The translations under genes were made by a program, and so were the position numbers. From IMG/VR virus record IMGVR_UViG_3300009103_001934, positions 64,001 to 128,000 of that record: a stretch of 64,000 nt of DNA. One strand, given 5' to 3'. Within the stretch, counting starts at the first letter, position 1. Each line of letters starts with the position of its first letter. The stretch is from a virus. Of the stretch, positions 49,241 through 58,241 are shown one piece after another. The notes beneath the pieces are model-generated. The model did no database searches, was not told where the DNA came from, and saw only the letters and a list, made by a program, of their open reading frames with translations.

Positions 49241-51523
49241 ATGAAACCTATTACAAACCAACAAACCGTCAAGTCTAGCGGCATCCAGAAGTCTGTATCT
49301 TTTGGAATCAAATCCTCTGGACTCCATCACATCCTCGGAATCCTCCGAAATCAACTTTACTCGGATAAGGAACTTGCGGTTATCCGTGAATACTCCTGTA
49401 ACGCAGTTGACGCACACACAGCAGCAGGGCATCCAGAACGCCCAATCGAAGTTACCTTGCCGACCAAAATGAGCCTGTTCTTTAAGGTTCGTGACTTTGG
49501 CCCAGCACTTTCTGAATCTGAAATTCAAGAGGTGTATGCCTTCTATGGTGAGTCCACCAAGCGTAACACCAACGACCAGATTGGTATGCTGGGTATTGGT
49601 TCCAAAGCGGCATTTGCCTACGGAGACAATTACGTTATCAATTCGTACCTTGACGGCAAGAAGTATATCTATAACGCCTTTATCGACCCGTCACAGATTG
49701 GTCAGATTTCCAAGATTGGTGAAGAACCAACCAAGTTCGCAAATGGTATTGAAATCGTTGTTCCTGTCAGGGGCGAAGATGTAGACGCTTTCGTAGACAA
49801 ATCGAAAGACCTCTTTCGTTGGTTTAATGTGATTCCGACAATTAAAGGTCACTCGCAGTTTGAATATGAGAATGAAGCACTCTTTGAGGCAGACGAATGG
49901 AAGTGGTTAGCCGAAAAGCGTGACCGTTATGACAAAGGTGAGGCAATCGCAGTCATGGGGAACATAGGTTATCCCATCGACGTTTATTCCTTGGGAGACT
50001 TCAACGAAGAAGAAACTAACTTACAAGAGTTGCTTTGCGCCAATCTTGTGATGAAGTTCGACATCGGTGATTTAGAGATTTCAGCATCACGCGAAAAGTT
50101 ACAATATACGGAATATACTCGTAAGAAAATTAAAGAGAAACTGAAAACTGTTTCTGATGAGCTTATCAGCGTCATCAGCAAAGAGTTCAGTGGTTGCAAA
50201 ACGCTATGGGATGCAAAATGTCTCATGGGTTCCATCTTTGATATGGCAAGCAACCTCTACAACTTGCGGAACTTTGTAGCAAAGAAAATGAAGTTCAAAG
50301 GCAAGAAGATAGGTGATACCAGCATCGGTGCTTACTATCAGTTCGGCAAGGATTCAAAGGGAGACTACACCGACTCTGAAAGCGTCGAAATGCACACTTG
50401 GAAAAAGTCATGGAGAAGCGAGAAGTATCGCATCGAGGAGACTAATCACCTTACTGCATCCAAAAAGGTAGTAGTTATTGAGAATGACCAAGGGCATCGT
50501 CGCGGAATCATGGGCAAAGTATTGCCTTACATTCTGGAACAGGAGAAGAATGTCTATTTAATTAAATTTAATAGCGAGGCAGAGAAGAAGCGTTGGAAAG
50601 CGTATGCGGGTTTCGACACTAAAATGCTCAAATTGAGCGAGATGGAGAAACGTCCGTTGAGTGATTTCGCTGGATACTCTGCTGCTCCTGCTGGTTCTGG
50701 AGTGGGTGAGAAGAACAAAAAGCACTCTGCAAAGTGTTTCACGTTCAAATTCGACCACAAGGGACAGTATTGGGACAGAAAGAAGTCCTCTTGGTGGAGC
50801 ATCGCAGACGTAGACGTAGCAGACACTAGCGAAACGCGAGTGTACGTTATCCTAGACCAATTCCAAGCAGAGAGGAATAATGGCGATGGATACCCAACTA
50901 CCGAAGTACCTAACAAGATTAAGGAACTGAAGAACTGCTTTGAGCAAGCTCATATCCCCTTCCCCGAAAACGTGTATGGGTTCAAGCTCAAGAATCGTAG
51001 TGATGTGGAAGGTAAGGACGGTTGGATTACCCTCTGGGATTACATCCAAGTCACGCTCAAGGAGAAGCTCAAGGACGGTGAGTATGAATTGGCATGGGCC
51101 GATATGCTGGAATTGAAGGCACTTGAGAATGACCGTGACCTTGTGGAAGATTACTGGAATTGGGACGCTAAAGGACTCCTGACGCAATTAAGAGCCTCCA
51201 TAGAGGATATGGCACTCAAGGATGCAGAAGGTTCTGCTCATGCGTTAGCGTGTAATTTCGGGCTAATGAAGGCACGTTCTGGACGCGATGGCGTTGAGAC
51301 AATCAAGAACCTTTGCTCTCAATTCGGCATCGAAGTGAATCTGAAGGGTAAACCATCATTTCCGCTCATAAAAGAGTTCAAAAAGGCACTGAAACGCTAC
51401 CCGATGCTCAAGCACATCAAATCCGATGTGTGGAGGCACGGCAAAGTGCAAGGTATGAAGGAAATCGTCAACTACATCAATCTGGTTGACGTATGTAACC
51501 AATCCTCAAGCACAGAGGAGTAA
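49241..51523 (+). CDS. rIIA: rIIA-like protein (GHKL ATPase N-terminus)
   Basis: LYSD...VIRE..CNAVDAH, VRDFGPAL, ESTKR..N..IG.LGIGSK; promoter at 49189-49217. Confidence 0.85.
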   Translation: MKPITNQQTVKSSGIQKSVSFGIKSSGLHHILGILRNQLYSDKELAVIREYSCNAVDAHTAAGHPERPIEVTLPTKMSLFFKVRDFGPALSESEIQEVYAFYGESTKRNTNDQIGMLGIGSKAAFAYGDNYVINSYLDGKKYIYNAFIDPSQIGQISKIGEEPTKFANGIEIVVPVRGEDVDAFVDKSKDLFRWFNVIPTIKGHSQFEYENEALFEADEWKWLAEKRDRYDKGEAIAVMGNIGYPIDVYSLGDFNEEETNLQELLCANLVMKFDIGDLEISASREKLQYTEYTRKKIKEKLKTVSDELISVISKEFSGCKTLWDAKCLMGSIFDMASNLYNLRNFVAKKMKFKGKKIGDTSIGAYYQFGKDSKGDYTDSESVEMHTWKKSWRSEKYRIEETNHLTASKKVVVIENDQGHRRGIMGKVLPYILEQEKNVYLIKFNSEAEKKRWKAYAGFDTKMLKLSEMEKRPLSDFAGYSAAPAGSGVGEKNKKHSAKCFTFKFDHKGQYWDRKKSSWWSIADVDVADTSETRVYVILDQFQAERNNGDGYPTTEVPNKIKELKNCFEQAHIPFPENVYGFKLKNRSDVEGKDGWITLWDYIQVTLKEKLKDGEYELAWADMLELKALENDRDLVEDYWNWDAKGLLTQLRASIEDMALKDAEGSAHALACNFGLMKARSGRDGVETIKNLCSQFGIEVNLKGKPSFPLIKEFKKALKRYPMLKHIKSDVWRHGKVQGMKEIVNYINLVDVCNQSSSTEE

Positions 51524-51529
51524 AAAACA

Positions 51530-51570
51530 GGGGGGCGTGAGGGTTTAGTAGGTTTTCCCTCGCGCTCCCC
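51530..51570 (+). terminator. GC-rich hairpin after rIIA
   Basis: GGGGGCGTGAGGG...CCCTCGCGCTCCCC. Confidence 0.6.
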
Positions 51571-51620
51571 GTCTTAAAAAACGAACAAAAAAACTAATTA
51601 AATTAATTTTATTAAGAAAA

Positions 51621-52031
51621 ATGGAAAACAACGAACTATCAAAAACGGAAAAGCTCGACGTAGCACTCCAAAGTCATAAGTTCTACAATCACCAGTGCGT
51701 AGAATTAGAGAAGAAAATCAACATTAAGATTGATAGCATTTTTCAAACAGAAGAAACAGGAAAGAATATAAGTAAGAAAGATATTTTCGAGACGGTTGGT
51801 TTGGTAAATCAACTACTCTCCCTGTCAAGTAAGTATATGATGGAAGGCAAAAATGTTGTAAGTGAGTTAGAAAAAGTAGACCCAAAAGAAATTGAAGCGG
51901 ATTTTGCAAAAGTAATGAAAAAGCAATTAACCGCGATGAACGAAAAACAAGAGGCAATTCACGATAGAGTGAGAGAGATACAACAAATGCTGATTGAGAT
52001 GTATAATGTTGATGAAGATGATACTTTTTAG
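51621..52031 (+). CDS. Hypothetical coiled-coil protein
   Basis: AT-rich ORF between rIIA and rIIB. Confidence 0.6.
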   Translation: MENNELSKTEKLDVALQSHKFYNHQCVELEKKINIKIDSIFQTEETGKNISKKDIFETVGLVNQLLSLSSKYMMEGKNVVSELEKVDPKEIEADFAKVMKKQLTAMNEKQEAIHDRVREIQQMLIEMYNVDEDDTF

Positions 52032-52093
52032 TAAAAAAGACTTGTGTTAGAATAGGAAATCGACTAGAATAGAAAGATAGAGGAAACAAAATT

Positions 52094-52903
52094 ATGATAC
52101 CGCACATATTAACAGAAAACAGTCTGACAGTGGTGATAAATGGTCAGGCTCAAACCATGAACAGTGACCATCCAGCTTGGGAACAAGCGAAGGATGCACT
52201 CAAGAGTTCCGAATGGGAACGGCTTGAGAAGATGTTCGATGTGTCTCATGCCGTAGAGGATTACCTCGACGATGATGCCAACATCGAGGTAAAGGACGGA
52301 GCAGTATTCTACGGGGGCGAATCCGTTCATAACTATTGCGTAGACAAGATTCTCGATTTCATGCGGGATGGTCTACCATATCAACCCTTGGTTAAATTCC
52401 TTGGAAAGCTCATGGCGAATCCCTCTCGTCGTGCCACAGAGGAGTTGTATCGGTTCTTGGAGCATAAATCCATGCCCCTGACCCCAGAAGGCAACTTCCT
52501 CGCTTACAAAGGCGTGACGAACGATTTCAAGGATTGTTATAGCCGCAAGTTTGACAACTCTGTTGGACAGACCTTGAGCATGATTCGTAACAGTGTTTGC
52601 GATGATGCCAATATCGGTTGCTCTAACGGGTTTCATGCTGGCAGTTATGAATATGCCAAGGGTTACGCTTCTAGCGGGGGCAATCTGATGATTGTGGAAA
52701 TTGACCCATCTGATGTGGTCAGCGTCCCTCACGATTGCGACTGTCAGAAGTTGCGTACTGCGTCATATAAAGTCGTAGGTCACATGGAGAGTATCGACGC
52801 TCCCCCGCTGGACGATGGTATCAATTACGACTATTACTCCGACGAGGAGAATGAGGCATACGCCGAAGGGTACGAACAAGCCAAAAAGGACTTGGGGTAC
52901 TAG
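52094..52903 (+). CDS. rIIB: rIIB-like protein
   Basis: L..F...LM.NPS.RA..ELY.FL, G.FLAYKGV, CS.GFHAGS..YA, VVSVP.D....KLR. Confidence 0.85.
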   Translation: MIPHILTENSLTVVINGQAQTMNSDHPAWEQAKDALKSSEWERLEKMFDVSHAVEDYLDDDANIEVKDGAVFYGGESVHNYCVDKILDFMRDGLPYQPLVKFLGKLMANPSRRATEELYRFLEHKSMPLTPEGNFLAYKGVTNDFKDCYSRKFDNSVGQTLSMIRNSVCDDANIGCSNGFHAGSYEYAKGYASSGGNLMIVEIDPSDVVSVPHDCDCQKLRTASYKVVGHMESIDAPPLDDGINYDYYSDEENEAYAEGYEQAKKDLGY

Positions 52904-52909
52904 AAGCAC

Positions 52910-52937
52910 GGGGGGCGGGGAATAAACCCCGCTCCCC
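52910..52937 (+). terminator. GC-rich hairpin after rIIB
   Basis: GGGGGGCGGGG-AATAAA-CCCCGCTCCCC. Confidence 0.65.
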
Positions 52938-53379
52938 ATATTATTTTTATTATTTTAATTAGCAAGTGCGGTTAATTGACTGAACTTTCATACCTTATAC
53001 ATATACAAAGGAACCTACTTATGATGAAATTACAACCTTATAGATATACCTTAACATATAATGGAATTTATTTTCTTTGTGGCGTTCTTTATTTGGTTTA
53101 TGAAGAACGGAGATGACTTATTCGGAGGGATGGGGGGAGATTAAATCCCCCCTTTCCCCCACTTTCCTCCCCTTTTCCCCACTTTATCTTCAACAAATTC
53201 ACATCCAAAATATACCTAGACAGACAGTAGTAATAGAAAGAAAGAATAAAGGTATTACTTATTGTCATATATTACGGGTCTGCGCGATTTATATTTATTA
53301 AAATATATTTAATTAATTTAATCTATTTATATAAGCAGGGGCAAAAATCATCTTATTATATTATAGTGTATTTATTTAT

Positions 53380-53631
53380 ATGGCTAATAGTCATAAAATT
53401 AAAGTTGTTGACAAACCTTTAGGTAGACAGAAGGCAGTAGGACAGGCTTATACAGAAGCAAGAGTAATTGAAATAGACCCAAGACAAAAAAGTAAAGCAT
53501 ATTTAGATACATTAATACATGAAATGCTTCATGTCTATAATCCAGAGTGGTCTGAAAACAAAGTTACTAAAACTGCAAATGAAATGACTGAAATTATTTG
53601 GCAAAAAAATTATAGAAGAATCAAAAGATAA
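53380..53631 (+). CDS. Small HExxH zincin-like protein
   Basis: DTLIHEMLHV; similar to 31273-31572. Confidence 0.65.
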   Translation: MANSHKIKVVDKPLGRQKAVGQAYTEARVIEIDPRQKSKAYLDTLIHEMLHVYNPEWSENKVTKTANEMTEIIWQKNYRRIKR

Positions 53632-53668
53632 TTAGCCGCCAATTTTAATTATTTTATTTATTAAATTT

Positions 53669-53788
53669 AGGTTCGACGAATGTGACCTCGAAATATAGCA
53701 GGTTCGACTAGGGTGATGGTGAAATATAGCAAAAATGAAAATGACTTCGAACATTTTGACCTCGAAATATAGCGCGGCGAAATATAGC
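53669..53788. repeat. Direct-repeat cluster GAAATATAGC x4
   Basis: Copies at 53690, 53721, 53764, 53779; TGACCTCGAAATATAGC exact twice. Confidence 0.85.
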
Positions 53789-53981
53789 CCCATCTCCACT
53801 GGAATGTCAAGAAAAAAATGCCCCAGACCCGTCCTTGAGAATGAGTCTCATTTGCGATTTTTAAGAAAATAACAAAGAAAAATGCTAATTTTATTCATTT
53901 TAATAATTTTAATTGCAATTATAGATATTTTTACGAATAATCTTGACACAAATTAGGAAATAGTTCAATATATTTAATAAC

Positions 53982-54221
53982 ATGACTGCTCCCAAAAAGA
54001 AAACCAAGAAAAATAAATATAAGTTAGATGAAGCTGGACTAAAACTCGCCCAACGCTACGAAATGGCATGGCATAAGTTGTTTTATTCTAAAAGTAGATG
54101 GACACAAGAAGAAATAATTAATGAGCCGCATGGTAGACACGCGAATGAGTTTGCCAAGGAAGTAAGAAGGATGGCAGAGAACAATAGTATAGATATAAAA
54201 GTAAGTGGGAAGATTTATTAA
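53982..54221 (+). CDS. Hypothetical protein
   Basis: ORF behind TTGACA at 53943. Confidence 0.55.
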   Translation: MTAPKKKTKKNKYKLDEAGLKLAQRYEMAWHKLFYSKSRWTQEEIINEPHGRHANEFAKEVRRMAENNSIDIKVSGKIY

Positions 54222-54283
54222 ATTTAATTTTATTATTTTATTTACTTGACCTCAACTTGGATAACCCTTATACTGGTTGAAGG

Positions 54284-54571
54284 ATGAACGAAAAGAAAAA
54301 ACGTAAATCGGGTGCGGGTCGGAAGAAAGGGAGCGTTAGCTTCTGTATGGTTCCCCTCACAGAGTTAGTATCCAAACTGCCTAGCGGGGCAATTATCGTA
54401 GTGAGTAGGAAGTTCTGCGAATCTATGGGTATCGAGGGGCAACCTGTCGTATCCACGCCGACCATGATGATGCCTCTTGCTACTGCTGCCAAAGCTAATG
54501 CCGTACAGGTTACTGACTTGAATGAAAGTAAGAAAGAAACCGCGCCAGACTTTAGCGTTGACAACTGGTAA
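54284..54571 (+). CDS. Hypothetical protein with basic GAGRKKG N-terminus
   Basis: Promoter TTGACC-N17-TATACT at 54246-54274. Confidence 0.65.
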   Translation: MNEKKKRKSGAGRKKGSVSFCMVPLTELVSKLPSGAIIVVSRKFCESMGIEGQPVVSTPTMMMPLATAAKANAVQVTDLNESKKETAPDFSVDNW

Positions 54572-54594
54572 GAAATCCCTTACAATTAAAGACG

Positions 54595-55569
54595 ATGAGT
54601 GAAACCTACTTCCCAGATATAATTGGTCAGAACCGTGTCAAAAAAGCGTTGGGCTTTTATATTGACGGTTATCAAGAAACGAATTGCATACCGCATCTGA
54701 TGTTTACTGCACCTCGCGGGTGCGGCAAGACTACGATGGCAACTGCTATGGCAAAGAACCTTGTTGGGCCTGACGGTGCGATTAAGCCTCTTATTACTAT
54801 CAACTGTTCTACCATCAAGAGCCTCAAGCAGTTTTTCAATATGATTGTGATACCTCATATGGTTGAGCGTGATGCCACCGTGCTGTTTGACGAATGTTCT
54901 GAATTGCCCAAGGATGTGACGATGGCACTACTGACCATCACCAACCCTAATCCAGAGAACCAGAACGAGTTCTCCTATGAGGACTATAACGTGGTGTTTG
55001 ACTTTCGCCGCTTGAGCTTCATGTTCGCCACTACCGAAGGGCAAAGTATCTTCCATGCACTCATGGACAGAATGGAGCGCATCGACTTGGAAGAATATAA
55101 GTTAGATGAACTTGGTAAGATTGTGTTGCTTGGATTAGACGGTTATACTGTCGAGCAAAAAACGCTAGAGAGTATTTCTAACGTCCTGCGAGGCAACGCC
55201 CGTGCTGGTCAGAAAATGGCGATGAAGATGCGCCTATACCTTGATGCTAAAGGTCAGACTCATTTTGCCGACAAGGATTGGAAGGAACTTATGGACAAGC
55301 TCGGTATCCTGCCGCTTGGCATCTCCGTCCAAGAACTCAACCTCATGCGTTACATGGCGCGGAAGAAGGCAACTCGCCTTACCGAACTCGCCGCAATCAC
55401 TGGACTCTCCAAGGGAGCAATCCAAAAAGATTATGAGTTATATCTCTCCAAAATGGGTCTAATGGAGATACAACCAGAGGGTCGCTCCCTCACAACAAAA
55501 GGATTGGAGTATCTTAATGACCTCGATGGAGTTAAAAAGAACAAGTCTAACAAGGCTAGTAAAAAATAA
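54595..55569 (+). CDS. ruvB: RuvB-like AAA+ ATPase
   Basis: APRGCGKTT, LFDE, FATT, LMDR, RGNAR, YELYL...GL......GR..T winged helix. Confidence 0.85.
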   Translation: MSETYFPDIIGQNRVKKALGFYIDGYQETNCIPHLMFTAPRGCGKTTMATAMAKNLVGPDGAIKPLITINCSTIKSLKQFFNMIVIPHMVERDATVLFDECSELPKDVTMALLTITNPNPENQNEFSYEDYNVVFDFRRLSFMFATTEGQSIFHALMDRMERIDLEEYKLDELGKIVLLGLDGYTVEQKTLESISNVLRGNARAGQKMAMKMRLYLDAKGQTHFADKDWKELMDKLGILPLGISVQELNLMRYMARKKATRLTELAAITGLSKGAIQKDYELYLSKMGLMEIQPEGRSLTTKGLEYLNDLDGVKKNKSNKASKK

Positions 55570-55597
55570 ATATAAAATAGATGATGAGCCTATACGG

Positions 55598-55819
55598 ATG
55601 TCTGATTACGAATGGCGCGGCACATTAAATAATAGTGATTTATTTGTAGTTATTAAATATAACCTTGGTGCTTGGAAAGTAAAATATGCTGAAACAGAAT
55701 ACGATCTAAATAATGTAGATTATATATATGTAGCGCAAGAATGGAGTCCGATGAAGTATATTATAAATAAAGATAAGATAGAAATAAATAACTTAATAAC
55801 ATTTTTAGGATGGAAATAA
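55598..55819 (+). CDS. Hypothetical protein
   Basis: AT-rich short ORF. Confidence 0.4.
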   Translation: MSDYEWRGTLNNSDLFVVIKYNLGAWKVKYAETEYDLNNVDYIYVAQEWSPMKYIINKDKIEINNLITFLGWK

Positions 55820-55865
55820 ATAAAAATAAACTTGAATTTAGTCAGGAAGTAGGCTAATATATAGA

Positions 55866-55938
55866 TGTGGGTGCAACGCCCACAGTTCGTTCATCATCAT
55901 CGAATCCTCCTGCGGGAAACTGCGGGGGGATTTTTTTT
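55866..55938 (+). ncRNA. Candidate ~70 nt small RNA
   Basis: TTGAAT-N17-TAATAT promoter (55832-55860), 5' hairpin, GAAA-capped terminator with T-run. Confidence 0.55.
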
Positions 55939-56179
55939 GTATTTTCTTTAAAACAGTGTAAATAATAATAAGACCTTGCTAAATAAATAAATAAGGCAAG
56001 CTCAACAGGTTATGTTCAAATAAGCTTTGTAGAATAGGTTCGTCAAATATAGAACTGAAATAAAGTAAAAATAAAACAGGCCCAAATAAGGTAAGGTTTA
56101 AACTAAATGAGAGTCAATCTCAACGTCCCTCCTTTATGCTAATGAGACTCATTCTCAATTTCACCGGTCCCGATGTTGG

Positions 56180-56280
56180 CAATCAAAATTCCAAGAAAAT
56201 GATCGACAAACTATTTTGCCGCTCACGAATGATCGACAAACAAATTTGCCAATCAAAATCTTCCCAAAATGATCGACAAA
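56180..56280. repeat. Direct-repeat cluster AATGATCGACAAA x3
   Basis: Copies at 56198, 56228, 56268; CAATCAAAAT at 56180 and 56250. Confidence 0.85.
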
Positions 56281-56297
56281 AAAAAGTAAAAAAAGGC

Positions 56298-56326
56298 TTG
56301 CACTAAAATGGGATGTACGGTATACT
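56298..56326 (+). promoter_or_regulatory. sigma70-type promoter with no downstream ORF
   Basis: TTGCAC-N17-TATACT. Confidence 0.75.
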
Positions 56327-56332
56327 ATTAAA

Positions 56333-56770
56333 ACAGTGAGGGTAACACCTCCACGATCTTTGAGACAATTTAAGAAGGCGACTGTGGTAGTCCTCACGCA
56401 AGTGAGTGCCCTCGCGGGAAAGCCCCCAGTGGAAGCGCGACGAAACTGGACGGTGATACGATACCGGAGGGATGGGGTTCGACTCCTCACGCCCTAACAA
56501 TTTAAGCCTTGGGTGACGGAACAAACGTCCGACAGAGGAAACGGCCCAAGCAATTTTTACTCCGGCGACGGTTGGAGTAAGGGAATGGCTGAATAACCCT
56601 CCATCATAAGGGGTAAGGCACAGGGCCGCGCGTTAGAGTGCAATCGTATGAGGCGCGTGGTTCTGGTAGACTGGTAAACTTGAACTGTATTGTGCACTGG
56701 TCTTGATGGTAATGCAGCAATCCATCTTCCCATTAATTTAGCATAATCCTGAGGTTGGTGAAAACCATTA
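56333..56770 (+). ncRNA. Candidate large structured ncRNA
   Basis: No + strand ORF of 60 aa or more; many helices with G.U pairs, GNRA loops and a TTCGACT T-loop. Confidence 0.65.
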
Positions 56771-56837
56771 AAGAGATATTAAGCAACAACGCCGAAATCC
56801 GCCTCTGATTTTTTTTGCCCTAATGTTAATTTTTTGC

Positions 56838-56871
56838 TTGACACGCCGGGACCGGTCCCGGCGCCTGTCAA
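56838..56871. repeat. GGGACCGGTCCC element 1
   Basis: TTGACA..GGGACCGGTCCC (56848-56859)..TGTCAA. Confidence 0.9.
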
Positions 56872-57137
56872 GCTTTTTTTATTCACAGCCTGTGAGAATT
56901 TCTTAAAAAGGGGCGATTTCTCCGGTGTGAAATTCGGCGTATATAAGAAACTATTTGACCCCATACCCTGCAAAAACAGTGTCAAGCTCAAAAACAATTA
57001 CCCTATATAAACGCATTTAATTAGCCTAATTAAAAAAGATGTGTGTGACGTGCATTTTTTTCTTGCCAGTGATTAGGAAGTGTGAGATAATGGTTTTAGT
57101 CGATTGAGACATAACTACTAACGAAAGAGAACGAACT

Positions 57138-58073
57138 ATGCCTATTACCGCAAAACAAAGCAAAAACAAAGATTGGGATTTCACCGTAGCACAGGAGGAG
57201 CTTTTCCTGCCTGACGGCAAGAAGTCCGGTTTCTTCGCGTCCCGCCGCCTCGACAACAACGAGGTGCTGGGCTGTCACACTAGCCGCTACGGCATCGTCC
57301 AGAATGGCGACCTAGTGGAAAAAGCCGAGAGTGCTTTTCGCCGCAAGGGATTGGGCGATTTTGAGCGCAACATCTATGTGACTGACGGCGGAGCCAAGCT
57401 GCGCGTCAATTACGACTTCCAAGGTCACGATATTGAAGTGCCAGAAGTGGGTGACAAGATGGGCTTTCGCCTGACCTTGCAAAACTCATTTGACCGCTCG
57501 CTGCGCGTGTCCTTTGCGCTCGGTATGCTTCGCCTCGTTTGCACCAACGGTATGCAGACGCTCGAAAAGGAATTGGATATGCTCAAGAAGCACTCCAAGA
57601 ACTTTGACCTCGGCGCGTTGCTGACTGATGACGCAATCGACAAGGCTATGGCTACGTTCACCAACACGGGGAACACATACGCCGCGCTGGCTCGCGTTGG
57701 AGTTACTCAAGAGCAAGGCATCTTCGCCCTGCAAAACCAAGCCAACACTGGTTTGATTTCTGACAAGGTGCGCGAGGGTATCGCAAGCGTGTGGAACAAC
57801 CCACGCGAGGATGGTGCTGACGGTTCGGTTGGTGATGACCGCAACCTCTACCAACTCTACAACGCTGCCACGCAGTACCTCACCAGTGACAACTTGGTTG
57901 ACAAGAAGTCTGGCGATGCTGTCGGCACGTTCGAGTCCACCCGCTTCGAGTACGCGAACCGCGTTAGCTCGCAACTGCTCAAGCGGTTCAACCTCGCCAG
58001 CGACAACCCCAAGCGGTTTGACAAACTGGTTGCGGTTGCCAAGGCTGACGGCGTAAAGGTCGAGAACAACTAG
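57138..58073 (+). CDS. DUF932-family protein
   Basis: Y.IVQN, GAK, L.L.NSFD.S......G.LRLVCTNGM, LY..YNA.T; promoter at 57063-57091. Confidence 0.8.
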   Translation: MPITAKQSKNKDWDFTVAQEELFLPDGKKSGFFASRRLDNNEVLGCHTSRYGIVQNGDLVEKAESAFRRKGLGDFERNIYVTDGGAKLRVNYDFQGHDIEVPEVGDKMGFRLTLQNSFDRSLRVSFALGMLRLVCTNGMQTLEKELDMLKKHSKNFDLGALLTDDAIDKAMATFTNTGNTYAALARVGVTQEQGIFALQNQANTGLISDKVREGIASVWNNPREDGADGSVGDDRNLYQLYNAATQYLTSDNLVDKKSGDAVGTFESTRFEYANRVSSQLLKRFNLASDNPKRFDKLVAVAKADGVKVENN

Positions 58074-58091
58074 GCCAAACCTACAAACACC

Positions 58092-58117
58092 CCCCGCCTT
58101 CGGGCGGGGATTTTTTT
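58092..58117 (+). terminator. Intrinsic terminator
   Basis: CCCCGCC-TTCG-GGCGGGG plus T-run. Confidence 0.85.
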
Positions 58118-58138
58118 GCGATTGTGGAAACTTTTTGC

Positions 58139-58173
58139 TTGACATTCGGCGGGACCGGTCCCGATTTTGTCAA
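58139..58173. repeat. GGGACCGGTCCC element 2
   Basis: Core at 58151-58162 between TTGACA and TGTCAA. Confidence 0.9.
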
Positions 58174-58241
58174 GCTTTTTTTGTGCGTTTGCGAATAACT
58201 TTCTTCTTGACGTAAAAGCGGATGTGTAGTACTATATAAAC

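Noticed and set aside
53669-53708. GGTTCGAC as tRNA remnants
   Set aside because: No flanking stems; part of the direct-repeat cluster.
56468-56500. A fourth tRNA at the GGTTCGACT T-loop
   Set aside because: No D-arm, anticodon arm, 7-bp acceptor stem or CCA could be built. Kept as part of the ncRNA candidate.
56333-56770. RNase P RNA, group I/II intron or hammerhead ribozyme
   Set aside because: GAGGAAAGUCC, the group II domain V signature and CUGAUGA cores were not found by eye, and no interrupted gene is present.
57486-58145. 219-aa antisense ORF, and similar minus-strand ORFs such as 45293-45907 and 58475-58978
   Set aside because: They shadow well-supported + strand genes, have no recognisable motifs and no promoters.
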